NCBI GenBank assembly: GCA_036675475.1
Contig: JAKFEY010000027.1
Location: 47,012 to 111,011, forward strand
DNA: 64,000 bases
Origin: Vicinamibacterales bacterium
GTDB lineage: Bacteria; Acidobacteriota; Vicinamibacteria; Vicinamibacterales; SCN-69-37
Direction of reading: 5' to 3'
In this document: positions 51,043 to 60,729 of the stretch, one piece after another
How the letters are laid out: every line of letters begins with the position of its first letter
Numbering within the stretch: position 1 is the stretch's first letter
The notes under the pieces: generated by a model
What the model was told of the DNA's origin: nothing
The model's database searches: none
Seen by the model: the letters and a program-made list of their open reading frames with translations, nothing else
Position numbers and translations under genes: made by a program

Positions 51043-52131
51043 TCAGCGCCGCGGCGAGGTCTCGTACGGCCGGAGGTGCCATTCGAAGAACGTCCAGGTG
51101 CGGTTCCACGAGTCGCGCTGATCGGGCGAGTCGTCGCGCTGCAGCGTGTCGGTGTTCACCCGGCGGTTGAACGTGTGCCCGCCGCTCGAGGGGCCTGGCA
51201 CGGGATCGACATACACCTTCGTTTCGGCGAGATCGGGCTTGCGCGACCTGAGCGCGTCGACGATCTGCTGGTCCTCGACGAAATTGACGTCGGTGTCGTT
51301 GGTGGCTACGTGCACGAGCAGCGGCGTCTGCAGCTTGTCCACGTGATAGAGCGGCGATCGCTCGATGTAGAGATCGCGCTTCTCGAACGGCAGGCCCTGG
51401 ATGCGCGACTGCGTGGAGAAGCCGCGCTGATACGACGGCCCCTTGTACGACAGGCGGAACACCAGGTTGGTCACCGGCACCATGGCGGCCGCCGCCTTGA
51501 ACGGCGTCGTGTCGCGGAACACGGAGAACAGCGTGATGTAGCCGCCGTGGCTCCAGCCCATGATGCCGAGCCGCTCCATGTCGACGTGCGGCAGCGTCTT
51601 CAGATACGCGACCGCGCTCATCACATCGTCCACCTCATAGCCGCCGTAGTCGATGGCGTTGTGATGCGCTTCGCCGTAGCCCGTGCTGCCGCGATACTCG
51701 GGCGCGATGATGACGTAGCCGCGCTCGACGGCCTCCTTCACGAACGGGAAGTAATTGATGCCCCAGTTGCCGTGGACGCCGCCGTGCACCCACACCATGG
51801 CCGCGTGGCCGCGCGCGCCGCGGCGCTCGAGCGGCTCGAACAGGTAGGCGGGAATGTCCATGCCGCCGGCGCTCGAGCGATAGCTGATCTTCGTCATGCG
51901 CATGACGCCCTTGCTGGCCTCGGCATACCGCTTCTCGATGGCCAGGCGCGCCTCGACGTCGCGCGCGAAATCACGATTGGGCGCGTGGTCTTTCGGATCC
52001 TTGCTGACATACAGCTGGCGGGCGCGCTCCTGATCGATGGGCGGCGGCTGCCGCTGCTGCTGCGCGTACGCGCTCGAGAACGCCGCGCCCGATGCGAGTG
52101 CGGCCATGACCGCGAGATGTGCTGCCTTCAT
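51043..52131 (-). CDS. Prolyl oligopeptidase (S9) family serine peptidase / alpha-beta hydrolase
   Basis: It has a signal peptide, WVHGGVHG, the nucleophile elbow GIMGWSHGGYIT, and a C-terminal His region. Confidence 0.8.
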   Translation of the reverse strand: MKAAHLAVMAALASGAAFSSAYAQQQRQPPPIDQERARQLYVSKDPKDHAPNRDFARDVEARLAIEKRYAEASKGVMRMTKISYRSSAGGMDIPAYLFEPLERRGARGHAAMVWVHGGVHGNWGINYFPFVKEAVERGYVIIAPEYRGSTGYGEAHHNAIDYGGYEVDDVMSAVAYLKTLPHVDMERLGIMGWSHGGYITLFSVFRDTTPFKAAAAMVPVTNLVFRLSYKGPSYQRGFSTQSRIQGLPFEKRDLYIERSPLYHVDKLQTPLLVHVATNDTDVNFVEDQQIVDALRSRKPDLAETKVYVDPVPGPSSGGHTFNRRVNTDTLQRDDSPDQRDSWNRTWTFFEWHLRPYETSPRR

Positions 52132-53121
52132 TCACTGACCTCCAGTCCTGAAACGAACCACGCCAAGCACGCGGAACGAATATTCGGTGCGCCGATCCAC
52201 GCGGTGCAGGCGCGCGGATGTTTCCACCACGACGCCCTGGCCCGGCCGGAACGTGCGCGTGACGCCCGCCTCGGCGTAGCGCGGCGCCCGGTAATTGGCG
52301 TCGCCCTCGACCTTGATGACGTCTTCGCTGCGCCAGATGATGGCATGCGCGCGCCATCCGCCGCGCGCGGCGGCGGCGCGCGTGAACAGCCCCGAGCCTT
52401 CGACGTAGCGATCGGCCGCGTCGCGGTCGGGCACGAATCGCGTCAGCACACCCAGCGTGTCAAGGCTGAGATCGATTCCGGCCCGGCGCGCCGTGAAGGA
52501 CGTGCCGGCGGCCAGCGCGGTACTGTCGGCCACGGGCCCGGCGTCGAACAGCTGCCCGCCTTCGTGCACGACGTGCGCCTGGACGGGAATCGCGAGCCAG
52601 GGCGTGACGCGGATCTCGGCCGACGCGCCGGCATCGAAGCGCTCGCGATGGGCGGGCGTATTCAGGCGCTGCCAGTTGATCCACATGTCGTGGCGCAGGC
52701 TTGCGCCGGCAAACAGCCACTGGAAGCCGGCCTCATAGGGCCGCTCGAACGCCAGCGTCTCCCGCTGCAGCGGCGGCAGCATGCCGTGCGGTCCTGTGCG
52801 ATCGGGCCCTGGCGGGTCGCCCGCCACGGGCGTGGCGAGCGTGCCCATGAGCACCGTTGAGCGATCGCCCTTGATGCGCAGCGTGAGCACGGGCCGCGCG
52901 AGGTCGAATGCGCGGTCGCTGCCGTAGCGGCGCGTGCCGAACGCGCCCGCCGTGAGCGACGCGCGCTCGCCGAGCGGCATCTCGACCGCGAAGGTCGCGG
53001 CCGCGCCCATCACCGTTTCACCGTCCCGGTACGGATTGCGAAACTCGGTGTTGTCGCCGAAGAACAGCACTTCGGCCACAAAGGTCATCGACCGCAGAAT
53101 GCCGGCGGCGCCCGGTTGCAT
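52132..53121 (-). CDS. Hypothetical beta-strand-rich protein
   Basis: The 329-aa ORF abuts the S9 peptidase start with zero spacing. It has an alternating-residue pattern and ends ...VVRFRTGGQ. I recognise no signal peptide at the annotated start and no family. Confidence 0.35.
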   Translation of the reverse strand: MQPGAAGILRSMTFVAEVLFFGDNTEFRNPYRDGETVMGAAATFAVEMPLGERASLTAGAFGTRRYGSDRAFDLARPVLTLRIKGDRSTVLMGTLATPVAGDPPGPDRTGPHGMLPPLQRETLAFERPYEAGFQWLFAGASLRHDMWINWQRLNTPAHRERFDAGASAEIRVTPWLAIPVQAHVVHEGGQLFDAGPVADSTALAAGTSFTARRAGIDLSLDTLGVLTRFVPDRDAADRYVEGSGLFTRAAAARGGWRAHAIIWRSEDVIKVEGDANYRAPRYAEAGVTRTFRPGQGVVVETSARLHRVDRRTEYSFRVLGVVRFRTGGQ

Positions 53122-53144
53122 GTGCTCTACGATAACGGCAACAC

Positions 53145-53720
53145 GTGCCGGGCGTCAGACTTCTCCTTGCCGCGCTCCTCCTGTCGGCCACGGCCCTGCC
53201 GGCCGCGGCGCAGACCGAGCGGCAGCTCGATGACCCGTTCGCCCGCGGCGCGTGGAATTTTCAGCTCGCGGCGCAGTCCGCCTTCGAGCTGTGGAACTAC
53301 AACGGCAATCACGAAGAGATGTACGGATTCGTCCCCGGCCTGAGCTATGGGCTGAGCGACGCGGTTGCCGCCGTCGTGGCGTTTCCGATGTACTACGTCA
53401 ATCAGGACGGCGTCGATGCCGGCCTGCAGGGCATCACGTTCGGGCTGCGCAGCCGCGTGTACCGGCACAGAAAGGTGTCGATCTTCTTCGACTTCGAGGT
53501 AGGCGTCTCTTATGCCGACACCTATACCCCGCCGCGCGGCACGCGGTTCAACTATCTGGCGCTTGGGGCCGTCGGCACGATCGTGCCGGTGGGCCGCGGC
53601 GTCGACCTCATGACGGCGGTGCGGCTGATTCATGTGTCGAACAACGGCCTCGCCGGCCGCGAACGCAATCCCGACATCGAAGCGCTCGGCCTGCACGTGG
53701 GCGTGCTGCGACGGTTTTAA
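53145..53720 (+). CDS. Acyloxyacyl hydrolase / lipid A 3-O-deacylase (PagL)-like outer membrane protein
   Basis: GTG start with the signal peptide LLLAALLLSATALPAAAQ. The C-terminal RLIHVSNNGLAGRERNPDIEALGLHVGV resembles the PagL H-x-S-N...N-P-G-x-E catalytic region, and the protein ends in Phe. Confidence 0.6.
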   Translation: MPGVRLLLAALLLSATALPAAAQTERQLDDPFARGAWNFQLAAQSAFELWNYNGNHEEMYGFVPGLSYGLSDAVAAVVAFPMYYVNQDGVDAGLQGITFGLRSRVYRHRKVSIFFDFEVGVSYADTYTPPRGTRFNYLALGAVGTIVPVGRGVDLMTAVRLIHVSNNGLAGRERNPDIEALGLHVGVLRRF

Positions 53721-53735
53721 CCGAGCGCAGCGAGA

Positions 53736-54539
53736 ATGCGACGTATGAGCCTCAGAGACCTCCATCGCCGGCCGCTCGGCCGGTGGGCGCGCGGCGTGCT
53801 GCCGGATCGGCTGCGGACGCTGATCTCGGCCATGCGCGCGCGGCGGCACTCGCACAAGTTGAACCGCGAATGGGGCGTATCGCGCCTGAGCGAACGCCTG
53901 CTCGCCGAGCTTGGCCCTGCAGTGCAGGACGGCCCGTTCCGCGGGCTCGTGTTGCCGCGCGAGGCGGCAGCGGAACACCTCGGCCCGTACCTGCTCGGCA
54001 CCTACGAGCGTGAGCTGCACCCGTTCTGGACGTCGCTCACGCCGGGCACCGTCCCGCTGATCGTCAACGTCGGAGGCAAAGTCGGCTATTACGCGGCGGG
54101 ATTGTCGCGCCTGCTGCAGGCGCCCGGCGTGGCCTATGACGCCGACCCGTGGGCGCGCCGTGTGCTGCGGCGGACGATTGCGCTCAACGGCGTGCGCGTG
54201 GACGTGCGCGGCCGATGCACGCGCGCCGATCTCGCGGCACTGCCACGGGGCACGCTCGTGATGATCGACTGCGACGGCTGCGAGGAAGCGCTGCTTCGCG
54301 ATCCGCTCCCTGCCGGCCTGACGCACAGCCGGCTCGTCGTCGAGCTGCACGGCGCGCTGCTCGACGAGGACGCGACGGCCGACCGGCTGCGGCGCACGCA
54401 CGAGGTCACCGGCGTGCCGTCGATCGACGCGCCGCCGCCGCCGGCCTCGCTCGCGTTCCTGGACGAACACGATCGCAGGCTCGCGGTCGAGGAGATCCGC
54501 ACGCCGCAGCGCTGGCTGCTGTGCACGCCGCGCGGCTGA
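53736..54539 (+). CDS. FkbM-family-like methyltransferase (tentative)
   Basis: 267 aa. IVNVGGKVGYYAAGLSRLL resembles the FkbM DVGAN.G.yS motif. The assignment is weak. Confidence 0.35.
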   Translation: MRRMSLRDLHRRPLGRWARGVLPDRLRTLISAMRARRHSHKLNREWGVSRLSERLLAELGPAVQDGPFRGLVLPREAAAEHLGPYLLGTYERELHPFWTSLTPGTVPLIVNVGGKVGYYAAGLSRLLQAPGVAYDADPWARRVLRRTIALNGVRVDVRGRCTRADLAALPRGTLVMIDCDGCEEALLRDPLPAGLTHSRLVVELHGALLDEDATADRLRRTHEVTGVPSIDAPPPPASLAFLDEHDRRLAVEEIRTPQRWLLCTPRG

Positions 54540-54546
54540 CGTGCGG

Positions 54547-55968
54547 CTAGTCGCGGGGCGCGACCGCCGGATCCGACGGCAGGCAATACGCCTTGAAAGG
54601 CGGCGCGGTCACACGCCGCAGCCGCCCGTCCCGGTGCTCGAACAAGGCGTCGCCCGGTTCGGGCGCGTACGGCGGCCCTTCGATCAGATCGATGCAAATC
54701 GTGGCCGCCTCGATGGGCTCCCTCGAGACGAGCCGCAACGCATCACGAAGCCGGATGCCCGGACCAATGAGCCGCGCGAGGCCGCGATTGCGCACGCCGT
54801 TGTCGCTGTCGAAAATCACCACGCGTGCATCGCCGGGGCGGCGCAGCATCTGCCAGTCGGCGAGCACCTGCCTGTTGATGGGGCCCCACCGCAGAATATC
54901 GCGGCGGGCAGCGAACGTCGCAGCGACGGCAAGCACCAGCGCGGCGACGACCGGCAGCGCCAGCGCTGTGATCCGCGATCGCTCGCCCAGAGACGCCCAC
55001 AACCGCCCGGCCGCGAGCGCCGTGCCGAACAGCGCGACATACAGGTGGCCCGGCGACTGCCAGGTCAGCAGCAGCGTCGGAAGCACCGACAACACAGCCC
55101 ACCCTGCGGCAAGCACAATCTCTCGCCGCGCCATCCGAAGAGTCCGCACGCCGCCGGCCATCAGCGGGATCGCCAGCCAGATCGCGGCATGCCCGGCCAG
55201 CACCGCGAGATGCCGCGCCGAGTGCCATCCCACGCTCAGCCGATACCGGCCCGCTTCCGGCAGGAGAGATATGCCTGCGACGATGGCGAGGATGAGAAGT
55301 CCTGCCGCGGCTGTCGCAAACGCGAGGGCCAGCCCGGTCCAGCGGCGGCGATCCACGCGCGTGCCGGCGCCGCCGTAAAGCGCAAGCAGGAGCGCACAGA
55401 GCAGCGGTGTGACAACCGCGATTTCGCGAAGGCACAGCGCGATGAGCGTGCAGGTGCCGCACAGGGCGGCATGCCACCAGCGGCCGCCGCGTACATATCG
55501 GAGCGCCGCCAGCATCGCCGCGAGCATCCATGCCGTGCAGATGACGCTGTACAGCAGCGCAATCGTGACCAGCGTGAACAGGGAAAAATTCAGGCCCGCG
55601 ATCGCCACGAACGCCGTGATGGCCTGGGTGCGCGGTGGTCCGCCAAGTGCGCGCGCGAGGCGCACGGTAAGAAACACATTCAGCGCGTGGCCGGCCAGAA
55701 GCGCGAGATAGAACGGCCAGGCGCGCTCGATGCCGCTGAGCGCGCCGATGGCACGCAGGACGAGCCGCATGCCCGGGTTCCAGCGGCCGTCGGCCGCGTT
55801 CGGCTGGGTCAGCAGATCTCCGAGCGGCAGCACGTTGACGGCCGTGCCATTGAGCTGCCAGAAATCGTCGAACCGGAACCACGCGCCGGGAAGAAACAGC
55901 ACGGCGTACGCGCCGGCCAGCAACGCACCTGCGATCCATACGATCAGCCGGAGCTGCCGAATCTGCAT
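54547..55968 (-). CDS. GT-C-like polytopic membrane protein
   Basis: Start MQIRQLRLIVWIAGALLAG at 55966-55968. It has a first-loop acidic motif (FRFDDFWQL) and about 11 TM helices, followed by a ~130-aa soluble C-terminus. Confidence 0.45.
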   Translation of the reverse strand: MQIRQLRLIVWIAGALLAGAYAVLFLPGAWFRFDDFWQLNGTAVNVLPLGDLLTQPNAADGRWNPGMRLVLRAIGALSGIERAWPFYLALLAGHALNVFLTVRLARALGGPPRTQAITAFVAIAGLNFSLFTLVTIALLYSVICTAWMLAAMLAALRYVRGGRWWHAALCGTCTLIALCLREIAVVTPLLCALLLALYGGAGTRVDRRRWTGLALAFATAAAGLLILAIVAGISLLPEAGRYRLSVGWHSARHLAVLAGHAAIWLAIPLMAGGVRTLRMARREIVLAAGWAVLSVLPTLLLTWQSPGHLYVALFGTALAAGRLWASLGERSRITALALPVVAALVLAVAATFAARRDILRWGPINRQVLADWQMLRRPGDARVVIFDSDNGVRNRGLARLIGPGIRLRDALRLVSREPIEAATICIDLIEGPPYAPEPGDALFEHRDGRLRRVTAPPFKAYCLPSDPAVAPRD

Positions 55969-56030
55969 CGAGCCGGATGTTACCTTGCCCGCTGTCGAAT
56001 ACACGTATGATGCTCGCGCCTGCATCCGTG

Positions 56031-57671
56031 ATGACACCCGTCTTTCGCAGCCGCTACGCGGCCGCCATGTCCTTCGGCACCGTCCTTTTCGCGGCACTTT
56101 ATGGATGGCTCGCGTTGACGTCGCTGCATCTCACGGGCGGCATGCTCGTCTATCCGCTCGATGACACGTACATCCAGATGGCCATGGCGAACACGCTGGC
56201 CTCGTCCGGCACGTACGGGTTCGTGGCGGGCATTCCGGCGTTCAGCTCCACCAGTCCATTGTGGGTGCTGGTGCTTTCTGCCGGCGCGCTCGCGGGCGCG
56301 CTCGAGATCCTGCCGGCGCTGCTGAACGTGTGCGCGGCCCTGCTGGTCCTGCACGTGTCGATTCAGTACCTGATCTCGCGTGGCTGGACTGCGGGATGGC
56401 TGATCGGCGCCACCGCTGCGATCAATCTCGTGCCTCCGCTGGCCGTCGTGGCGGCCATAGGACTCGAGCACGTCTTCCACATCTGGATGTCGGCGCTCTT
56501 CGCGATCGCAATGTCCCGCGCGCTCGTCCCCGGGCCGCGGACGCGGAAGCAGAACGCGGCACTGCTCGTCACCACGCTGTTCCTCGCCGCCTCGCGCTTT
56601 GACGGCTTGATCCTGATTGCGTGCGGCGCCCTCCTGCTGGCCGTCTGGCGTTTCCGGCTCGCCATGGCGGTGGTCGCGGTCGCCTCGGTGCCCGTTGCGG
56701 TCCACGGCGCGTTCGCGATCGCGCAAGGCTGGCATCCGCTGCCAACATCCGTCATCGTCAAAGGCAACTATCCGGCGGCGGCCTCCACCACTGGCGTGGC
56801 ACAGATGGCCACCGCGCGCGCGACGAGGATTTCGGGCCGGCTGCACAACGTCACGCCGGATCACGATCTGTCCGCGCTGGCCATACTCGCGTTCGTCAAC
56901 ATCGGCGGCCTGTTGTGGGGCCTCGGCCGGCGCCAGACAGCGACCATCGAGATGCGCATGTCGATGCTGGCGGTCGGTACGCTCGTGCTGCATGCGCTCG
57001 TGGCCAGGGCGGACCGCGTCTTCGGAAGGTACGAAGCGTACCTGCTCGTGCTCGGCATCCTCGCCGCGGGTCCGTGGCTGCATCGCGCGGCAACACACCT
57101 CCGGGGTTTCTGGCAGAACGGCATCATGGCGCGGATCACCGTCGCCGCGACGTGCGTGCTGGCTGCCGCCAGTCTCGTGCCGATCGGCGCGCGCTCCGTC
57201 GCGCTGGCTGCGAAGATCCCCGCCGGCAGCCACGAAATCTATCTGCAAGCCGTGCAGCTGGCGCGGTTCACCCGCCAGACCCTGCCGGGCGAGCCCGTGG
57301 CGCTCAACGATCTCGGCGTCCTGGCGTACGCCGGCAACATCCGGCCGGTCGATGTCATGGGTCTGGGCACGATCGACGTCGCGCGCGCGCTGAGCCGGCG
57401 CGAGCTGACGCCCGCGCGGCTCGACGCGCTCGTGCGCGAGCAGGGAGCGGTCGCGGCAATCATCCACGTCCCATTCGTGCACTTCATCGTCGGCGGCGTG
57501 CCCGAGTCGTGGATTCCCGTCGCGGACTTTGTGATCCCCGAGGCGCGCGTGGTCGCGGATCGCGTGGTGACGATCTTTGCGCTGGCGCCAGATCAGATTG
57601 ACAGGCTGAAAACGGGATTGACGGCGTTCGCGAAGGACCTGCCGCCCGGCGCAACCGTGGTGCCGCGCTAG
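56031..57671 (+). CDS. GT-C-like polytopic membrane protein with C-terminal soluble domain
   Basis: It has the first-loop motif VYPLDDTYIQMAMANTLASSG and many TM helices, then a ~190-aa periplasmic-type domain. The start is uncertain, with ATG candidates at 55977, 56007 and 56031. Confidence 0.45.
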   Translation: MTPVFRSRYAAAMSFGTVLFAALYGWLALTSLHLTGGMLVYPLDDTYIQMAMANTLASSGTYGFVAGIPAFSSTSPLWVLVLSAGALAGALEILPALLNVCAALLVLHVSIQYLISRGWTAGWLIGATAAINLVPPLAVVAAIGLEHVFHIWMSALFAIAMSRALVPGPRTRKQNAALLVTTLFLAASRFDGLILIACGALLLAVWRFRLAMAVVAVASVPVAVHGAFAIAQGWHPLPTSVIVKGNYPAAASTTGVAQMATARATRISGRLHNVTPDHDLSALAILAFVNIGGLLWGLGRRQTATIEMRMSMLAVGTLVLHALVARADRVFGRYEAYLLVLGILAAGPWLHRAATHLRGFWQNGIMARITVAATCVLAAASLVPIGARSVALAAKIPAGSHEIYLQAVQLARFTRQTLPGEPVALNDLGVLAYAGNIRPVDVMGLGTIDVARALSRRELTPARLDALVREQGAVAAIIHVPFVHFIVGGVPESWIPVADFVIPEARVVADRVVTIFALAPDQIDRLKTGLTAFAKDLPPGATVVPR

Positions 57672-58876
57672 AATCGGTACAGCCCACCGCCGTGCACGAA
57701 GAAGCGCACCGCTGACGTGAGCAGAATCATGACGATGAGCACGGCAATCCCCGCTGTCGTCCTGCCGCCGCGCCACGGCGCGACGAACGAAAAGAGCACG
57801 AGCAGCAGGAACGGCTGGTAGTACCGCTCGTGCATGGCGGCGTTGCTGTTCTGCGCGAGCATCCACAACCCGGCGGTGACTAACACCGTGCGATGGTGCG
57901 GCGTGAGCGTTCTCGCCAGCATCAGCGCGAGCGCCAGCGCGCCCATGATCAGGCCGGCCCAGAAGGTCAGCGGAGTGCCCGCCAGCGTACCCGTGTAGCG
58001 GCCGAGCGCGCGCAGACCTCCGCCCCACGGCGCGGGATGCATGTCATCGAGCGGGACGAAGAACAGGTACACCGCCGCGGCCGAGGCGATGAGAGCAAAC
58101 AACACCGCCGCCCGACGCCCATCCGCCTCCTTGGCAAGTGACGGGAGCAGAGGGATTGCCCAGACACCCAGCGTGCCGATGATCACCATCGCCGGCAGCA
58201 GCCCCACAGGCTCCTGATGCATCGCGAATGACGGCGGAACCGGGCCGCCCCAAATCCAGACCAGGCCGCCCAATGCCGCGGCCGGCAAGAGGAGCCACGC
58301 GAGGGCTCGCGCGCGCCGGCCGTCTCGCCATGCTGCGTACGCACAGAGCGGAATCAGCCAGACATAGAGCTGGCGCGTAAGCACGGCCACGGTGGTAGCG
58401 GCGGCTGACAGGCCGGCGCGTCCCTGGTTCGCCAGCGCCAGCGCGGCCGCCATTGCGCCGAACGCCAGGTTGTCGCTCGAAAGGTAGAGGGCCGGGCCCA
58501 GGAAATACGGCGACAGGCCGATGGCCATGGCAAACATCGCCGCGCGTGATCTGGTCGCGAACCCGGAAAAATACCACCAGAGCGCCGACAGGCTGAGGGC
58601 GCTGATCGCCAGTGACAACAGGCGAAGGGCGGCGATGTTCTCGAGTCCGGCGCGCACCGCGACCGCCATCGAGACGTGATACAGCGGCGCCATCGCGGCG
58701 GAATAATCGCGAATGTCCGGGCGGGGCAGTTCCGACGCAAACTCGCGAATGACGGGCAGGTGATAGAGGCGCTCATCGTGCGCCTCGATAATCAGCGGCT
58801 CACGCGGCAGCAGCAGCGCCCCGGCTGCCAGCAGCAGGAGCGCGGGCCACAAGGGGTGCAGGCGGATACGGGTCAT
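57668..58876 (-). CDS. ArnT/PMT-like GT-C glycosyltransferase (membrane)
   Basis: ATG at 58874-58876 forms ATGA with the upstream stop. EAHDERLYHLPVIREFASE is colinear with the ArnT first-loop motif (D-E-x-R-Y-x-E-I-x-R-E-M), and about 10 TM helices follow. Confidence 0.55.
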   Translation of the reverse strand: MTRIRLHPLWPALLLLAAGALLLPREPLIIEAHDERLYHLPVIREFASELPRPDIRDYSAAMAPLYHVSMAVAVRAGLENIAALRLLSLAISALSLSALWWYFSGFATRSRAAMFAMAIGLSPYFLGPALYLSSDNLAFGAMAAALALANQGRAGLSAAATTVAVLTRQLYVWLIPLCAYAAWRDGRRARALAWLLLPAAALGGLVWIWGGPVPPSFAMHQEPVGLLPAMVIIGTLGVWAIPLLPSLAKEADGRRAAVLFALIASAAAVYLFFVPLDDMHPAPWGGGLRALGRYTGTLAGTPLTFWAGLIMGALALALMLARTLTPHHRTVLVTAGLWMLAQNSNAAMHERYYQPFLLLVLFSFVAPWRGGRTTAGIAVLIVMILLTSAVRFFVHGGGLYRF

Positions 58877-59301
58877 GCGAGCGGCGGCGAGAGGGGGTTG
58901 TAGCACGGCGTCGCCGACGGTTCGTAAAACAGGTGATAGCGCAGGATGCGCGTCTGGTCGGCACCGTGCTGGAAGAAATCGGTCGAGAGCAGGAACCGCA
59001 TGTAGACATCGGTCGTGCCCACCGGGACGATGCCGACGACGCGCTCGAAGTCAGTGACGAACCGATCGATCGTGCCGGGCTCGAACTGGAGATAGGCGAA
59101 GTGGCGGCGGATCCGGCGCGACGGCGGATACACGCCGTTCACCAGGCGCGAGCCGTAGTGACGAACCGGACCGAGTACAGCGAGCCCGTAGTAGCGCCGG
59201 AGGTCGGCATCGCCGAGCCATCGTGTCAGTGCCACGGCCGCCGCGGCCGCCCCGAATCCGTAGAGAAACCGCCGGCGCGTGACGATGGGCTTGCCGCGCA
59301 T
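58873..59301 (-). CDS. TAT-signal small subunit (gluconate 2-dehydrogenase subunit 3-like) for the adjacent GMC oxidoreductase
   Basis: Start MRGKPIVTRRRFLYGFGAAAAAVAL (twin-arginine motif) at 59299-59301, with a 1-nt overlap on the GMC stop. The protein is 142 aa. Confidence 0.6.
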   Translation of the reverse strand: MRGKPIVTRRRFLYGFGAAAAAVALTRWLGDADLRRYYGLAVLGPVRHYGSRLVNGVYPPSRRIRRHFAYLQFEPGTIDRFVTDFERVVGIVPVGTTDVYMRFLLSTDFFQHGADQTRILRYHLFYEPSATPCYNPLSPPLA

Positions 59302-60728
59302 CAGCGTACGAAGAGCCGGTCGGCGGCCCGCAGCGAGAGGGCGGAGATCGTCAATGTGGGATTTGCTGGCGACGTCGTGGGAAACGCGCCGCCGCCCATG
59401 ACAAGCAGGTTCCTGACCTGATGATGCACGAGCGCGCCGTCGACGACGCTGGTGGCGGGATCGACGCCCATCGGATGCGTGCACAGGATGTGCGCTTCGG
59501 TGGCATCGGGCAGCTCGAGATTGTAGCCTTCGTAAGGGATGGCCTCGAGCACGCGCGGCAGATTCGCGTCGAGCGCCTCAACTCCGCGCTCGGTGTAAGC
59601 CGACCGCCGCAAGAATGACACCTGCGGGCGATCGGGATCGTCCTTCTCGAATGTCACGCGATTCTCAGCCTGCGGCAGGTCCTCGAAGATGAACTTCAGC
59701 ATCAGACGCTGGCGCCATTTGCCGCGCTCGTCGCGAAGCCGCGGCACGTTCCAGGTCTCCATCAGCGCGCCCGCGTGCGTTCGCCGGTGCTCCCCTGAAT
59801 AGAGCATGTATCCGAGGCCGGTGATGCTCGTGCTGCCCTGGAAATTGTCCACGCCCTTCAGATCCACGTCGACCGATACGGATCGCTGCTCACAGAGTCC
59901 CCTGCCGACGGGGCCGGCCGTCAGACCCGAGCGGAGCAGGATGTGCGGATTGAAGAGCGCGTTGGCGCCGAGCGCCACGAGATCGGCCCGAGCGCCCTGC
60001 TCAGCGCCGCCCCGGCGATAGCCAACAGCCGTCGCGCGGCCGCCCTGCACATCCACGCTGGTGACGGCTGCGCCAGTCAGGAGCGTGACGCGCGAATCGT
60101 CGTACAGGCCTGGCAGCCCGTTGAGCACCGAAAACTTCGAGTTGATCGGGCACTGATGGCAGATGCCGCTGTTGCAGCACTGCGGACGCCCGCTCGGAAG
60201 CGCGCGCGTGGGCCGCGCGGCGGGCTGGGCGAAGAACTGATTCGGGAAGTGCCGCTTGAAGTACGTGTCCGGATCGGAGAAGCGATGCGGCGGCTGCGGG
60301 TAGGGGCCGCTTCGCGGATAGGGCGAGCCGTCAGCGGGGCCCGCCACCGCCATGAGATCTTCCGCGACCGCGTAGTGCGGCTCGAGATCGTCGTAGGTGA
60401 TCGGCCAGTCCGATCCAACGCCGTAGCGCGACCGCATCTGAAAATCTTCGGGCAGCAAGCGCGGGACGCAGGCCCACCAGCAGTTCGATCCGCCGCCCAC
60501 GGCGAGCTTGAAGACCCACGGCTTTGCCGGCGTGAGATTGTGGATGGAGGCCATCGCCTCGTCACTGAGCTGGCCGCCATGGGCCTGCTGCCAGTGGTGG
60601 GGCCGCAACTCTCCCTTCTCGAGCACGAGCACCCGTGCGCCCGGTCCGCTGCGTTCGAGAAAGCGATGGAGAAAGAACGAGGACGCGAAGCCGGTGCCGG
60701 CCACGATGAGCTCGTACGCATCGTCCAT
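59301..60728 (-). CDS. GMC family FAD-dependent oxidoreductase
   Basis: 475 aa with YELIVAGTGFASSFF (FAD fold) and the C-terminal HPMGV...VRNLLVMGGGAFPTTSPANPTLTISALSLRAA. Confidence 0.85.
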   Translation of the reverse strand: MDDAYELIVAGTGFASSFFLHRFLERSGPGARVLVLEKGELRPHHWQQAHGGQLSDEAMASIHNLTPAKPWVFKLAVGGGSNCWWACVPRLLPEDFQMRSRYGVGSDWPITYDDLEPHYAVAEDLMAVAGPADGSPYPRSGPYPQPPHRFSDPDTYFKRHFPNQFFAQPAARPTRALPSGRPQCCNSGICHQCPINSKFSVLNGLPGLYDDSRVTLLTGAAVTSVDVQGGRATAVGYRRGGAEQGARADLVALGANALFNPHILLRSGLTAGPVGRGLCEQRSVSVDVDLKGVDNFQGSTSITGLGYMLYSGEHRRTHAGALMETWNVPRLRDERGKWRQRLMLKFIFEDLPQAENRVTFEKDDPDRPQVSFLRRSAYTERGVEALDANLPRVLEAIPYEGYNLELPDATEAHILCTHPMGVDPATSVVDGALVHHQVRNLLVMGGGAFPTTSPANPTLTISALSLRAADRLFVR

Positions 60729-60729
60729 G

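Noticed and set aside
51034-51056. GC hairpin (CGCCGCG-N9-CGCGGCG) between the convergent ADOP and S9 genes as a bidirectional terminator
   Set aside because: The stem is short, there is no U-tract on either strand, and the right arm lies inside the S9 coding region. That is not enough to call a terminator.
51043-52131. S9 prolyl-oligopeptidase-family peptidase as the lasso-peptide isopeptidase
   Set aside because: It lies about 45 kb from the lasso operon, in an unrelated gene context, and carries a signal peptide. I see no positional evidence linking it to the RiPP.
53127-54470. 447-aa minus-strand ORF antisense to the PagL-like and FkbM-like genes
   Set aside because: It has no motifs and Arg-rich composition. 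The plus-strand ORFs have a signal peptide and catalytic-site-like motifs.
55980-58028. 682-aa minus-strand ORF antisense to the 56031-57671 membrane protein
   Set aside because: It is Arg/His/Asp-rich with no hydrophobic segments, while the plus-strand frame gives a consistent polytopic protein.
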